Of a stretch of DNA of 64,000 nucleotides, positions 39,131 to 49,570 are shown piece by piece. Source of the DNA: Squalus acanthias (taxonomy: Eukaryota); contig CM059433.1 in assembly GCA_030390025.1 (NCBI GenBank), forward strand, positions 113,584,001 to 113,648,000. Direction: 5' to 3'. Both the position numbers and the translations under genes were made by a program. The notes below the pieces were generated by a model that saw nothing but the letters and a program-made list of their open reading frames with translations, was not told where the DNA came from and did not search any database. Each line of letters starts with the position of its first letter. Position 1 is the first letter of the stretch.

Positions 39131-40639
39131 GTGGTATTTTCTATAGAGTCCGCAAATAAAGATGGCGACAAGCCTGTAACTGGCGGACGGACGGACCATG
39201 GTGCCAGTTCTCCGAATGACTGTTAATTTGTTGATTTTAAAATGGGGGAAAAAATAACAAATTTACTGGCTATTGCGGCGAAAATGAATATTATCTGCCC
39301 ACGCACAGCAGTCGGGAGCTGTGCACGAATATGGTGCTGCCAGGTCTGGTGTCGGATTGCAATCAATGACCAGTGTCCACTGTATATACTGCGGAATCTC
39401 TCCATTTCCACTGGCAGGCCCACGGTTCAATCAGGGACGGCGAGTATCGGTGGGCCCCACCAAACACATTTATGAATGAGTTCCACGCATCACGCCAGGA
39501 CCTGGGCGTGTTCACACTTTGAAAATGAGTGTCAACTGATATATCTATTACTTTCAACATTCACGAATATCGCCGTGTTGGGAGGGGGGGGGGGGGTTAA
39601 TGTGGTTTGCTCAAGATTCCTGATCAATCTAGTTCCCTTTACAAGTATCGATGCGGCTCACTTTAATGGAGCCGGCGCTGTAGCTAGCGAGTAAGGAGCA
39701 GTGTGGTGCGCAGGTCCGAGTGAATCCCCCCCCACCCACCCCCAACAATCAACCAGCTTGAAAGAATTTTCCGGGGTAAGAGTCACCGGCGCTAACAAAG
39801 GCCTTTGCTGTTTTAAAGAGCACCTCGTCCCTTTGTCCTGTCCCCTCCCAGGCAAAGGCAGCCCTATGCACTGGGGAGTGGAAGGTAAGCACCATTCGCA
39901 CAGGAGATCGCACAGGAAGCTGCTGCAAGGGCTGATACCCTTTATCTCACGTGCAGCAGGCGTGCACAGCGGAGTGAACAGGGGGGAAGGGAGTGGGGGT
40001 GGGGGGCGGTGCGAGAATCAATAGTCCGCCAAGCCTCCTGATGACTTTCCCGGGGGTGGTGGGAATAAAACAAAACGTTGACACAATACTCTGCTTCTCA
40101 CCGTGTGATGCATTCAGCTGGTCTTCAGAGGAAACCCGTTTTAAAGGACTCGTTCCGGCTTAATTAGCAACACTAATGAAGTATCCGAATCACTTGTTAA
40201 CTCACATCCCCTGGCGAGTCAATGCCGCACATTGAGAATTGTTGAAAATTCGATTTTAGTGGATTAGTTTTATCTGACAAATCTCTCACACGTGTATTTT
40301 AATATAAAAAAAATCTTGTTATGTAAATACCAAACTGTATATTTTATAAATATAAATAACAGGTAAATATTTCCATCTATAATTTTAAATATAATTCTTT
40401 TGAACATTCATTTCAACCGAAAATGTAGGAATCCCAACGAATTGTGCATAAGCAAGGCTATAAAATGGGTGCTTTAGCACTATGGTAATGTTGTGGATTA
40501 AATCTACATATTCTTCCCAATTTCTGAAAATATCCGTCATGGACGCTGACCTATCATAAAATGATGGAAGTGCTATGAAAGCTAATCGTTATTAAACGTA
40601 TCAGGTGTTGAGTTTTCTTTTATACACATTATATTTGGG

Positions 40640-41600
40640 TGTCATTCTTGGCTCAGTGAGAGCTGAGTCAGAAGGTCGTCGGTTCAAGCCCCACTCCAAC
40701 AACAACAACAACTTGTATTTATATGGCGCCTTAACGTAGTAAAACGTCCCAAGGCGCTGCATATGAGTATTTTAAGACAAAAAAATTGACACCAATCCAC
40801 ATAAGGATAAATTAGAAACAACAGCAGAAAACGCTGGAAAAACTCAGCAGGCCAGGCAACATCGGTGGAGAGAGAAACAGAGTTAACGTTTCAGGTCGAA
40901 ACCCTTCGTCAGAACTGAGAAAAGAGCAGGAAATGAAACAGATAAAAATGCAAGGGGGAGGCTGGGGGGAGGAATAACTATGGTAAGTAGAGACATTAAG
41001 AGATGCTCATTTAGAGCAGGTTTGGTCAAAGAGGTAGGTTTTAAGGAGCGTCTTAAAGGAGGAAAGAGAGGTAGCGAGGCGGAGAGGTTTAGGCAGGGAG
41101 TTCCGGAGCTTAGGGCCTAGGCAACAGAAGGCACGGCCACCAAAGGTTGAATGATTATAATCAGGGATCCTCAAGAGGGCAGAATTAGAGGAGCGCAGAT
41201 ATCTGAGGGGGTTTGTGGGGCTGAAGGAGATTACAGAGATAGGAAGGGGCGAGACATGGGCTCCAGAGACTTGAGCACAGAATCCAGGCTGACACTCCAG
41301 CGCAGTACTGAGGGAGTGCTGCACTGTCCCAGGTGCCTTCATTTGGATGAAACGTTAAACCAAGGCCCTATCTACCTTCTCAGGTGGCACTGTTTTGAAG
41401 AGGAGCAGCAGAGTTGCCCAAGTGTCCTGGGCAATATTTATCCCTCAACCAACATCACTAAAACAGATTATCTGGTCATTATCTCATTGCTGTTTGTGTG
41501 AACTTGATGTGTGCGTTTCCTACATCACAACACCTCAAAAGTGCTCCCCTTGTCTGTAAAGCGCTTTGGGGGCATCCTAGGTCCTGAAAGACGCTATATA
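40640..41600 (+). mobile_element. Deu-domain SINE split by a minus-strand L2 3' fragment (about 40699-41260) that itself contains a family C repeat
   Basis: The SINE head ends ccactcca and resumes ctccagagacttgagcac (CTCCA duplicated). L2 tail (caa)n-cttgtatttatat, peptide GGRAFCCLGPKLRNSLP..SFKTLLKTYLF. Confidence 0.85.
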
Positions 41601-44460
41601 AATGCAAGTTATTTCTTTATATATCTTGAATCGCACAAAGCCCATTGCTGAAACAGAAAGCCGATGTATAAAATTAAACTCCGAGTAGCTTTCTTCAGCG
41701 CGACGAAACCTAAATCTGATCTGGCGAATTGCTTTTGGGGTTTAATTATACCCACAATACTGAATTCGATAGAAAAAAAAATCAGCGTTTGCCCAAGAGA
41801 CCTTTATCAATAGGACCTCAGAAAAGCGATGCCTCCTTGCTGGCTGGTCAAGGCAAACTTGCAGTGTAAGGTCGAGGTGCTAGAATGTAAAGTTTTTGGT
41901 GGGTGGGGGGACTTTAGCAAGAATTTAAACTTTATCTTCAAGTCGGATCTTTCAGGAAGAAACACTAATGCGTGAGAAATGTGTAATAAAGACTTAAAAA
42001 AGTTATTTTTGAGCAAACACAGAAATGCTTACTGGGGAACGCGGCTGCAGCCGGTTAAATTCCCTAAGCTGTTTTTTTTTGTATATTGTTAAAGGATTGC
42101 GATTTTTTTTTTTTAAAAAAGCTTTCTTTATAAAGAACAACTTGGCTGATTCTTTCTGAATGGGCTAAAGCTGGGATGTGGGCTTCCCAGCTGACCAAAC
42201 CTATACCTTTGCATGACTTGAAAGGCTGATGTCCTCGCACAGGAAATGAATGACTCGATAACATCTGACACCCAGTGACCACTCTGCTGACCCGATCTTA
42301 ATTCTCCTAATACGAGGAAAAGCCTGAAACAGCCGCTTCTGCCGGCCGGAGTCGGAGGATCAAATATTAAAGGAGAAACTGGGATATATCAGTTGTATTT
42401 GTGATAGTTGACTTTATCGATTTGTAATTTGGGGGGGGGGGGGGGGTTCATTTATGAGTTCGGGAAGCATTGCGCACTCAGTAAAACTGAAAGCTTTCAA
42501 CCCCCCCCCCCCCCTTAAAGACTGCCCATTTGCTCTGTTAACGGGGACTTTAAGAATCTCAAGAATTTAGAAGTATCCTTAACTTGTCTGAGGCGCGCGT
42601 CACGAATAAAATACCAACTTCGACCCCATATACTCATTGGGCGTTTGCAAATAAACTGATGCCTTTCGATTGTTTTTCATGTCTTTGTTTGAAATGAGTG
42701 CACTTACATCTTTTGCAGAAGGCAGGCACGTATTCTTTTGGAAACGGTGGGCATGTGGGCTTTTCTTGGTTGCATGTGGCTTCGTGGCGAAAGTAATCGC
42801 AGTAAAATGAAAGGTTATTTGTAAAACGTGTAGGGGACCGCAGCAGGGTTTTTTTAAAAAAGATTTGATGGTTTTAAATTCAATCGATGGCCTGGTACAA
42901 AGCGGTACTGGAAACACTGGAGAGAGAGAGAGAAAAAAGAGACGAGAGTGATCACAGAGCCAACAAACGCAACCATTTTAGGTCGGTTTAGGGATTGGAC
43001 TCAACTCACGCTCTGTTGAAATAACCTATAGGAAATTTACGGTTGAAGACTTCAAAGGAATTTCAGGACTGAGAGCTTCTACTTTAGTTAGTAGGTTGTT
43101 CTCTCTCTCTCTTCCCTCCTCCAACCCGTTAAAAAAAATCTGTCCCACACCGCCTGCGATGCTTGACCAGCACACTTTAGGGGACAAAAGTGCATGTTGT
43201 GCGAAAGCAAATGTTTGCGACTTTTAAGACGCTGATGTTAGAACAGCAAACAAGCCCTTTAAGTGCAAACTGCCCCTTACAATTGGTCAGACTAGTTGGC
43301 GCCGACACGTCGGGCCAGTTTTTTTTTGGAGTAAAACGCATGGTAATCGACAATGCATGGCAAGCAATGTTAAATCGGCCACTTTCCTCCCCCCCCCCTC
43401 CTTCCTTCCTAAAACATCAAGTTTTACCATCACGCCTCTCCCCTTTTCAGAGAGCCTTCCACATTTCTCCTCCAAACGCCAAATGTAAAGGTATTTCAAA
43501 ATAACAACAGGAGCAATGAAGCAAATGCTTGACCTTTGAACCCTTTTGGAGGGGCATTTCCTTTTAACAAAAAGTGAGGGAAAGTCGCATGTGGGAGAAG
43601 ACTAATCATCTTTAGTGTTGATGAGATATATATATATATATAGATATGTTTATGCTTTCAAAACTGGGCCGTCCCCAGGTACATGTGGCCTTAAAAGCCC
43701 AAAATGCTTGAAAAAGGCACCGCGTTATCTGTTGTTGCACCCGTCACTGGAATCCTCATTCTAAAATAAAGGCATCAAGTATGGCTTGTGTGATTGATGA
43801 ACCGTTTTATAGTTTAAACGGAGATCATTTCAAAAATGACATCTTACATTCAAATGGTATCACCTTGCTTTAAGGGGGAGACACAAAACTGCTGCTCCCC
43901 GATCGTGTTTATTACTCAGAAGGAAAAGTATCCAGTATCTTTTGTGAGATCTTTGATTATTTTGTGCGGAGATCTTCTCTGAATGTTACTAAATAAAAAT
44001 GCGTAGGCGACATGCCCGGGGTTCCTTTTGCACAATTTTAAAATCTGTCCTTCCTATATTTAACCTGCAATTTTTTATATATATATATCAGAATATTACA
44101 TTCACGAAACTCTTCGCTGCATTAACAATATTTAGATCCGTTTCACCAAATGCATAGGTTTATTGCTAGCGAGTGTGAACTGTCGAGATTTCTGAATAAA
44201 TTCACACACAGCATTGTCAGTTTATATATGATCGTGTTTATCATAATAGTTGATCTGTGGTTAGTTTTTATATATATATATATATATAGGTTGCATAGCT
44301 TGACGTTCCCCACAGAAAGCAAAACAACGGGGGAAGAGACCCTGTAGCTTTAAGTATATCGAGATGACCGGTTCATCAAAAATGTCGGACAAATTAGCTG
44401 GGTAAAAAATCTGGAGGTTTTTTTTGGGGGAATCATCGATTAATGCGGTGACAGGTTAGA

Positions 44461-44746
44461 GGAGAGGCCGATTGGCTCTGTTCTGCCTCTCTAAAGACTG
44501 CGATGTGTAATTAGCGGCAAGAAAGCATGTAATTGACGAGTCACGTGTGTGCCAGGGCCAGGAAGGGAAAGGAGGAGGGGGGGGGGGGGAACTAACGAGG
44601 GAAAGCACGTTAGACCATGCGAGCATTGGCGATTGCTAAATTTTTGATCCCTGAATCCTATGACGCTAGATTGATGCAGAAGATTACCCATTCCAAGGAA
44701 AAAGTTCTCATCGGGCGGGTTTGGACACAGGGGCCTGTGTGACAAC
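44461..44746 (+). promoter_or_regulatory. LIN28B: LIN28B proximal promoter and 5' UTR
   Basis: Inverted CCAAT (ATTGG 44471-44475) and E-box CACGTG (44542-44547). Blocks such as TGTAATTGAC..GTCACGTGTG, GAAAGCAC.TTAGACCATGCGAGC and TAGATTGATGCAGAAGAT match the human LIN28B 5' UTR as I recall it. Confidence 0.8.
44617..44742 (+). CDS. 41-aa upstream ORF in the LIN28B 5' UTR
   Basis: accATG...GTG TGA is open for 42 codons: MRALAIAKFLIPESYDARLMQKITHSKEKVLIGRVWTQGPV*. The stop lies 4 nt before the LIN28B ATG. Translation is not demonstrated. Confidence 0.55.
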   Translation: MRALAIAKFLIPESYDARLMQKITHSKEKVLIGRVWTQGPV

Positions 44747-44756
44747 ATGGCCGAAG
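44747..44756 (+). CDS. LIN28B: LIN28B canonical exon 1, coding part (M-A-E-G, phase 1)
   Basis: acaacATGGCCGAAG|gttact has a good Kozak context (A at -3, G at +4). It matches the vertebrate LIN28B N-terminus MAEG and joins exon 2 in frame (G+GA = Gly). Confidence 0.93.
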
Positions 44757-45223
44757 GTTACTTTTTTTCTCTCTCTCTTTCTCTCTTGTTTAAAAAAAAA
44801 TCCTTTTTTTTTTGCATACTTTTAAGAGATCGCAGAGGGGGCTTTTCCAAACCCATTGTTGTAGATCTCCCAAAATGTATGTACCCGCCCCCCATTTATT
44901 CACAACTTCAAAGGCTTTCTGAGGGCTATTGTGTGGACTGTTTGTGTCCGATTAAGCACAGTTTTCTCTCTCTCGCTCTCTCTCTCTCTCTCAGTTTGTG
45001 TGTGGAAGGCAACACTGTACACCTGCCCCTTAAGTTTGATCGGAGAACGCACGCTGGACGCTACAGTAGTTTTCTTCAGTATAATACGAAGCTTGTTCTA
45101 GTGGAGCAATACAAAACAAAAAAGCTCTCGCGATCGACGCTGTTGAATGTTGATCACGATTAGCGAAAAGAGCGGAGGGAGAAAAAAAAAGCCGGGCTTG
45201 TGTGACAGTGGTTTCTGCGGGAG

Positions 45224-45254
45224 ATGGGCTCCGTTTTAAACCAGCCGTATTCCA
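45224..45254 (+). CDS. LIN28A-like alternative first exon (or relic) in LIN28B intron 1: MGSVLNQPYS, phase 1
   Basis: gagATGGGCTCCGTTTTAAACCAGCCGTATTCCA|gttacg is 31 nt followed by GT, the same length and phase as the LIN28A first coding exon (MGSVSNQQFA|G). The donor is weak. Confidence 0.55.
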
Positions 45255-45526
45255 GTTACGTACGGTTTGCTAATCGTAATTTGCTGCCTCAAACATGGAG
45301 TAAAGGAGGATTGCACATGGATCAGAATCGATATTACAATGGCTTTGCCATATAGGCTGCAGCCAATGTCCATGTCGATGTGTGAAGTGCTTTCTTTCAG
45401 AAGCTTATTTTTAAATGTACTTTGTTAATTATTTCCACCCCCCCCCCACTCCTCTTTTCCGTCAGATAAATTGAAACCTTGTTTTTCTTCCCCCTCTCTC
45501 TCCCCTCTGTGTTTGCAATTGTCCAG

Positions 45527-45708
45527 GAGGGACGGGTAAAGGTGGTGGAGACGAAAAAGGAAAATTGACAGAGAAAGAAGACTCTCAAATCCAGCAGGGA
45601 GCAGGCCACTGTAAATGGTTCAACGTTAGAATGGGATTCGGGTTTATCTCCATGACCTCTCGGGAAGGCACCCCCTTGGAGACGCCAGTCGATGTTTTCG
45701 TACACCAA
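45527..45708 (+). CDS. LIN28B: LIN28B exon 2, N-terminal half of the cold-shock domain
   Basis: Long polypyrimidine tract plus gtccag| acceptor, and CAA|gtaagt donor. Translates (G)GTGKGGGDEKGKLTEKEDSQIQQGAGHCKWFNVRMGFGFISMTSREGTPLETPVDVFVHQ. The GHCKWFNVRMGFGFISM and VDVFVHQ motifs are LIN28B-type (LIN28A has GICKW..GFLSM). Confidence 0.98.
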
Positions 45709-46524
45709 GTAAGTTTGCATAATTCCGCCAGTTTCATTCATCAAAAAATGTTTTGCTTTTGGAGGGGGGGAGGGGTTGTTTGTAGAGAAACAGTTAAAGC
45801 TCAATTGTAAAAAAAAACCCCGCGCAATTCGTGTAAATGTTCTGGATTGTACGGTCGGAGCTGGAGCCGGCTGCCATCCCATACACGTTTCATGTGTGCT
45901 GTGCTTCCCCCCCCCCCCCCCCTTTCGCCAATCTGGAGTGGTGTAACTCTGGAAACCAGATAGCGAGAGGTTGTAGTTAACCGTTTCATGATTGCGTGGC
46001 TGAATACTTTTTTTTTTGCATAAAATGCTTTTTACTGTGCGGCGAATGCATGCATTGCCGATAAAAAGCGATGGAGAAAGTCTGATGCATGAACGAAGTT
46101 TAAAGGAAAACGCACACACATGGCAATTGGCGTTCTCTGCCGGTGCAAAAATATCAAAATAACGATCTGCTTGTCAAGGTCAGAGGTGAAACCCGGAAAT
46201 GCTAGACTCAAGACTGTTGCATGTTTTGTACAGGGAAATATTGAGGGGCGTATATTGTAATATACAGTCCCCTTTCGAAAGACTGAAAGCCTTAAAACGC
46301 CACCGTGATGTTTATTCAACGGCGTTTTCTTGTAAAACTTGGGGAGTGCAAGAGAAATGTTCCCTTTTCTCCCGCTTTATTGTATGACGATTCGCCTCGG
46401 AAGATTTCTGGAGGAGCAATTAGTTTATTAAAGGAAACTTGGATTGTTGATAATTGCAGCACCTTCAGATGCACTGTGCGAGATGTCTGCCCACTGTGCG
46501 ATCAATGATTGGCTTCTTACGATG

Positions 46525-46687
46525 CATACACAGAATCAAATCCACACAGAATGATATACACAGTGATATACACAGAATGATTGATATATACACAGAATCA
46601 TATACACAGAATGATTGGTATATACACAGAATCATACACACACACATCATTAAATACATAGAATTATACACACAGAATAATATACAC
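46525..46687. repeat. Degenerate minisatellite with core ATACACAGAAT
   Basis: About ten imperfect units of 11-20 bp. Confidence 0.85.
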
Positions 46688-48494
46688 TTTGCAGTCATTT
46701 GCCTCCCATAATTGGCGGTAAACAGATCTGAATATGTGAAATATGATTTTGTGGGGAGGCGAGGGGAATCAGACTCTGACTGGTTTGTGGCCACAAGCTG
46801 CACAATATGCCCTTGTGTTGTGCCTCGTCTTCCAGCGGTCCATTCCCATGCTTGTTTTCTAAACTTGTGTCTGTATTTAAAAGTTCTGATATTTTTTCCC
46901 CTCCCTCTTTTCTGTCTCTCTCTAAACCTTCCTTGGGTCGTTAAGTAAGGGGTTTACGACCTCGTAAGATTGCTTTATAGACGAATACAGCGCCAGGACA
47001 GGAGAGAAAAGCGTTTTCGGGTGAGTTGGTAGCACCCTCGTGCTACCGTGGCAGGGAGTTTTCAGGATTGTTGCCACCGGACAGACTCGGGCTACAATCT
47101 CCATTCAAGTCTCACCCCCTCGGTCAACGTTTCTTCGCGAATCTAATCGCAACGCGTAAAATTAGCATTTTAAAGAAAAACACAACCTTTTACCTGGTTG
47201 TGGCTCAAGCACAGCGTGTGTTTTGTGTTTACTGGAATGGTTCGACCCACGTTTGAATGAAGCGCTCGCGGTTTATAAGACAGCAAATCGCTTTTGCACG
47301 AACGTATTTGTTTATTGGCAATGATTTGAATCATTAATATTAAATATTGAAGTAACTGAGGTTTCCACCCCGTTATTACCCCGTTCTAGCTATGCTGCCC
47401 CGTGTATGTTAAGCTTTTTTGTTCCCCTCGCCATGTGTTCCAATGGGCTTTAGTTGGAATTTGTTGCATCCGTTTTTAGCAAATTAAATAAATTACATTT
47501 ATCGAGAGTGTTCTGCGAATTATATACTTAAATATATTCTCATCCGCTTGTGCTCTGAGATTGTTAACATTGTTAGCTAACACAATGACATACACATTTC
47601 CACAAGTGCATTAAGAGCATCTACTTGTTCAAGTAATTCTGTGCTGGTAAAAAAAAACTTGCCTCTTGTCAGATTTGTGGTAATTGTCATTACTGTAAGG
47701 CTTATGTTGAGCTGTCATTGTATGTTCTTTGACATGTATTCTACATCACAGTGATGAAAAGAGCAGTTTTTTTAAAGCATAGTTGCATTTTCGAATTGTG
47801 TACTGTTTAAATGCATCTTAATAGCTTCAGAGGTAAAATCACACGAGGGACAATTAAAGGAAAATGTAATCTTATTTTAGAAAAGGTGAATACTTCAATG
47901 TTTCTTCATGAGAATTAAATAATTCCAAGTTTTCAAACACCCTTTATGCAACCATCTTGCACAAGACTTCACTGAATCTATGACCAACAAACCACCTGTA
48001 GTTAGACTTCATGTTCAATATCTTAAAATTGATGGAGTAAAAGAAACCATGCATTATTTATGTGAATTTCTCAGTCAGTTGCAGCATAACCAGATCAAGG
48101 GAGTGAGGAATTGAGTGTTGAATTAATAGTTACCCACTATACAAAACTATATTTTAATATACAAATTGTTCTATGAGTTGGGAGTAATTAAAAAAAATCT
48201 TCTATTATAAGATGTAAACAGCCAGAAAAAAAATCTCAGCCGCATTTATTATGGTGTAAGAGTGCACCTGCTGTTGAATATCATTTGCATTTCTTTGACA
48301 CGTCCCTAATCGTTGTGGTCTCAATCAAACACCAATTAGTTTCAAGTATTCATGTAAACTTGCTTTGGTTATATTCATTCTCAATTAAGTTGTGCGGATG
48401 AAATAGATTTTGATTTTGAAGTTCTAGCTTTTATACACTTGCCCTGCTCTTGCTCACGGTTTGATGTTCAAACTTGTTTTATTTCTATGAAATA

Positions 48495-48607
48495 TTTCCT
48501 ACATTACAACAGTGACTACACTTCAAAAAAGTACTTAATTGGCTGTAAAGTGCTTTGGGACGTCCGGTGGTTGTGAAAGGCGCGATATAAATGCAAGTCT
48601 TTTCTTT
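48495..48607 (+). mobile_element. Deu-domain SINE 3' fragment
   Basis: tttcctacattacaacagtgactacacttcaaaa..atataaatgcaagtctttcttt. Confidence 0.85.
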
Positions 48608-49204
48608 ATGGTCTAGGGAGAGGTTTGGGCCAGCTGTTTTCTGAAGTTTTAAATTTTGGTGGTAGCTGTCTTTTAAACGATGTATTGATTCTTGGCCTTT
48701 TGTTTAAAAAAAGAAGCTTGAAAAATTGTTAGCTGCATTAATGGTGTGGCATACAGAATGATTGAAGTTTAGTTGTGTATTGAATAAGTCTACTCAATTT
48801 ATACCTGTAAAGGAAACCTACAGAATTAAGCTTCAAGAAAAACTCAAACACAGCGATGTGTGGTTTAGTTGCAACTTGCCAAAATGTCTTTTAACTTTTT
48901 GAAATATTTGAAAGTGTTTTTTTTCAGCACTTCAATCTTACACTTAATAGTAAATAATCCTCCTTGAATGATGCTAACATAATGCCCTGATAGTGTATGA
49001 AAATAACACTAAACGCAACAAGAGTTGTTCCTTAAAATAATTGAAAAGCAATCTTTGGATCCAAAGATTGGCTACAAAGCAACATTTCATACATCCATTA
49101 TTTCTAAATCCGCTAATATTAAGGATAAAAACAGAAAGGTTAGTTTAGAATATAACAGTGTAAACTTCCATTTCAGATATTTAGTTTTCTCTTGCTAATT
49201 TACT

Positions 49205-49570
49205 TTGCAATTTTTCTCCCCGCCCCTCCCTTCTCCTCAGCTCCTAAAGGCATTGACCTCTTGCTGTGGTATGGATCCACTGGTGCAAGGCACCCTCTGA
49301 TAGCTCACCAGAATAACTATTATTTATGTTTAGACGTTGAGTGCCAACAGGCTATCCAACTATGAAAGGCATCATAGCCAACCCCACTCCTGTCCTCCCA
49401 TGATTGTACAAAAGCGAAACTCTAGCAGGGGTTACTGGATAGTGATCAGGAATGGGATGCTTGGACAATTTTCGCCTCCCCCCCCCCCCCCCACAACCTT
49501 TCAACCAAGAGGTCGCTTAGGCCATTTGTAGCACTATCCTAGCTGAGATCAGCTAACTCAGCACAGGCCA
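49205..49570 (-). mobile_element. SINE family B, near full length
   Basis: agcaggggttactggatagtgatcagga and gctgagatcagctaactcagcacag. Confidence 0.7.

Larger units (their letters stand above)
34550..47550. promoter_or_regulatory. Broad CpG-retaining, repeat-poor domain spanning the LIN28B promoter and exons 1-2
   Basis: About 13 kb with frequent CpG and few interspersed repeats; CpG drops sharply after about 47.5 kb. Assessed by eye. Confidence 0.65.

Noticed and set aside
39701-40024. ORF containing SLKE..VRVTG, superficially like LIN28 exon 3
   Set aside because: The spacing is wrong, other cold-shock residues are absent, and it lies upstream of exon 1; a chance match.
45397-46119. 240-aa minus-strand ORF overlapping exon 2
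   Set aside because: Non-ATG start, low-complexity runs from poly-C/poly-A tracts, and no recognisable domain; an antisense shadow of exon 2.
46525-46687. CRISPR-like array
   Set aside because: Eukaryotic context, no unique spacers, and no cas genes; a simple minisatellite.
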